This document shows positions 62,051-64,000 of a stretch of 64,000 bases of DNA, one piece after another. Source of the stretch: Candidatus Saccharimonadales bacterium (lineage in GTDB: Bacteria > Patescibacteriota > UBA1384 > 2-12-FULL-50-11). The notes beneath the pieces are model-generated. The model made no database searches. It saw only the letters and a list, made by a program, of their open reading frames with translations, and had not been told where the DNA came from. The position numbers and the translations under genes were made by a program. Within the stretch, counting starts at the first letter, position 1. Each line of letters opens with the position of its first letter. The stretch is taken from contig DATIHX010000009.1 in NCBI GenBank assembly GCA_035480235.1, forward strand, positions 3,857 to 67,856. The letters run 5' to 3'.

Positions 62051-64000
62051 TTAATTAGTTTCCAACGCCTGCTCGGTTTTGGCCCAGACTTTCAGCTGGT
62101 GGGCTGACCATTTACGCAGCTCGTCGGCGACGATAATTAGTATGGCGACGCCAGCGCAAGCGAACAGGGCGTTGACGCTTAACGGCACCGTCCCGAGCAG
62201 CCGGTTACCGAGCGGGTGGTAGACGGCTAGAACTTGGAGAACCAGCGACAAGCCGAAGAGGCCGATCAGCGGCCGGTTGGTGTCAGGAGAGAGGCTAAAG
62301 ATCGATTTGGTTTCGGAGCGGCTGGCAAAAAGGTTGAAGATTTGGAAGAAAACCATCGTCGTTAACGCGACAGTTCGGGCCAAGGCCAAGCTGCCAGTGA
62401 CGCTGTGAAAGAGAATTAATGTGCCGATAGTCATCACTAGAGTAGCGAGTAAAATCCGCCGCGCCATTGAACCGTCAAGCAAGCTCCGCCCCTTCAGACG
62501 GGCTTTTTTCGTCATGAGGTTAGCTTCGGCTGGCTCAAAAGCCAAGGCGGCCGAAGTGACGCCGTCGGTGACTAAATTCATCCACAAAATTTGAACGGCG
62601 GAGAGCGGAATCGGCCAGCCGAGGCCCAAAGCAGCGATTAAAATTAATGCCTCGGCGACGCTGGTGGAAAGCAAATAGTAAATAATTTTCCGCAAATTGG
62701 CCCAGATCAGCCGACCTTCTTGGATGGCGGCGACGATGGCGCTTAAGTGGTTGCCGAGCAAGACGATATCGGCCGCTTCCTGGGCGGCGTCGGTGCCGCC
62801 GCGGCCGATCGCCACCCCGATGTTGGCGGCTTTGAGGGCTGGCGTATCGTTGACGCCGTCGCCGGTCATCGCCACGATCTCGCCCTGCTTCTGCCAACCG
62901 GCCACGATCGCTAGTTTTTCCTCTGGGCTCAGCCGGGCAATAACGTCAATGTTTTGGAGCGAATGAGCGTGGAGCTCGCTGGCGTGAACGGCCACGGGTT
63001 CGGCACTAATGCCAACTTTCTGGGCGATCGTTCGGGCGGTTAGTAAGTGGTCGCCGGTCAGCATCACCACTTTGACGCCGGCCGCTTGGGCAGCAGCAAT
63101 GGCCGCCCGGGCATCCAGGCGGACTTGGTCGTTGAGTGCTAAGAAGCCCACAAAGGTTAGCGGGTTAATTTTTGGCGAAACGACCGCTTCTTTCTTGGAT
63201 CGATCAGCGTAAGCCAGGGCGATGACCCGGTAGCCGGCTGCAGCGTAGCTGTTGGCCGCTTCGGTCAGGCGCGATCGGCTCTCTTGCAGGAGCCGGCGGC
63301 TCTTGCCGTCTGGGCTTAGTTGAAATTCGGCCAGTTTGAGAATTTCTTCCGGCGCGCCCTTGGCGATTAACCGCTCGCCGCGGCCGAATTGGTGAACAGA
63401 GATCGCGGCCCGGCGGTGACGGTCGTAGGGCAGCTCTAAGAGCTCTGGGTGGGCTTTTTCTTCCAGAAAGGCGTAAAAGCCGGCCTTGGCCGCCACCACT
63501 GCTAAAGCCGTTTCCGTGGGGTCGGTGAGCTGCAAGATTTCGTCGCGTTTTAAATCGGCCGGGCCGATGGTAGCTAAAGTTGAGAGCGCCGAGAGCTCAA
63601 GAAGCAGCCGAGCGGCCGGTTGTTTGGTGATTTCTACCTTGTCATCGCCTTGGTAAAAGTGGCCCGATAACCGGTAGCCGTCGCCGTCCACCCGATATTC
63701 GCTTCCAGCCACCAGCAGTTTTTCGACGGTTAATTTGTCTTCGGTTAGCGTCCCGGTTTTGTCGACGCCGATCAGCGTCACGCTGCCCAGCGTTTCGGCG
63801 GCCGCCAATTTCCGGACCACTGCGCCGTTTTGGAGAATGTTTTTAACGCCCACCGCTAGGACGACCGTGACGGCGATTGGCAAGCCTTCCGGCACCATCG
63901 AAACTAACAGCGAGACGACGATTGTCACCATTGAAAGTAGGCTATTACCCCGACTTAGGCCGACCAGTAAAACTGCGATGGCCAACAGCACGCCGATCGC
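62051..64000 (-). CDS. cation-transporting P-type ATPase; N-terminal part lies beyond the right window edge
   Basis: DKTGTLT phosphorylation motif, MLTGDH and TGDGVNDTPALK. The reading frame stays open to position 64000. Confidence 0.9.
   Translation of the reverse strand, partial: AIGVLLAIAVLLVGLSRGNSLLSMVTIVVSLLVSMVPEGLPIAVTVVLAVGVKNILQNGAVVRKLAAAETLGSVTLIGVDKTGTLTEDKLTVEKLLVAGSEYRVDGDGYRLSGHFYQGDDKVEITKQPAARLLLELSALSTLATIGPADLKRDEILQLTDPTETALAVVAAKAGFYAFLEEKAHPELLELPYDRHRRAAISVHQFGRGERLIAKGAPEEILKLAEFQLSPDGKSRRLLQESRSRLTEAANSYAAAGYRVIALAYADRSKKEAVVSPKINPLTFVGFLALNDQVRLDARAAIAAAQAAGVKVVMLTGDHLLTARTIAQKVGISAEPVAVHASELHAHSLQNIDVIARLSPEEKLAIVAGWQKQGEIVAMTGDGVNDTPALKAANIGVAIGRGGTDAAQEAADIVLLGNHLSAIVAAIQEGRLIWANLRKIIYYLLSTSVAEALILIAALGLGWPIPLSAVQILWMNLVTDGVTSAALAFEPAEANLMTKKARLKGRSLLDGSMARRILLATLVMTIGTLILFHSVTGSLALARTVALTTMVFFQIFNLFASRSETKSIFSLSPDTNRPLIGLFGLSLVLQVLAVYHPLGNRLLGTVPLSVNALFACAGVAILIIVADELRKWSAHQLKVWAKTEQALETN

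Overview
This is a dense, mostly minus-strand chromosomal segment. From gene content I infer a small-genome, Patescibacteria/CPR-like bacterium; that assignment is inference, not shown by the sequence. Recognisable housekeeping genes: rpsB (open-ended, absent from the ORF track), rpmE, prfA, prmC, htrA, gatC-gatA-(2 small ORFs)-gatB, ligA, htpX, lemA, an S41 peptidase, mnmA, tatD, metG, rsmI, rsmA, pcrA/uvrD carrying a 365-aa intein, dnaB, dnaX, murA, plsC, ileS, hisS, tRNA-Glu(CUC) and a partial P-type ATPase. The main accessory block is a translationally coupled type IV pilus cluster (pilB-pilC-3 pilin-like genes-pilM-pilN-pilO, 37.7-45.9 kb). It sits behind an ECF-type sigma gene broken by one in-frame TAG. 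The signals I rate highest are not in the ORF track. (1) Two paralogous structured-RNA-like elements (25331-25579 and 34762-34918) have helices that differ in sequence but keep pairing. (2) A ~36-nt heptamer-repeat module is embedded in frame in rpsB, mnmA and dnaX. (3) A ~90-100 bp AT-rich palindromic intergenic repeat occurs three times. (4) An HU-like domain is fused to the N-terminus of PilB. (5) A 55-bp copy of the dnaB 3' end brackets a 2-gene cassette. (6) A low-GC island ends inside a histidine kinase gene. (7) A ~700-bp gene-free region carries convergent terminators that imply unannotated small RNAs. (8) A monocistronic 724-aa orphan protein has no motif I recognise. All family assignments come from reading motifs by eye; no database search was run.
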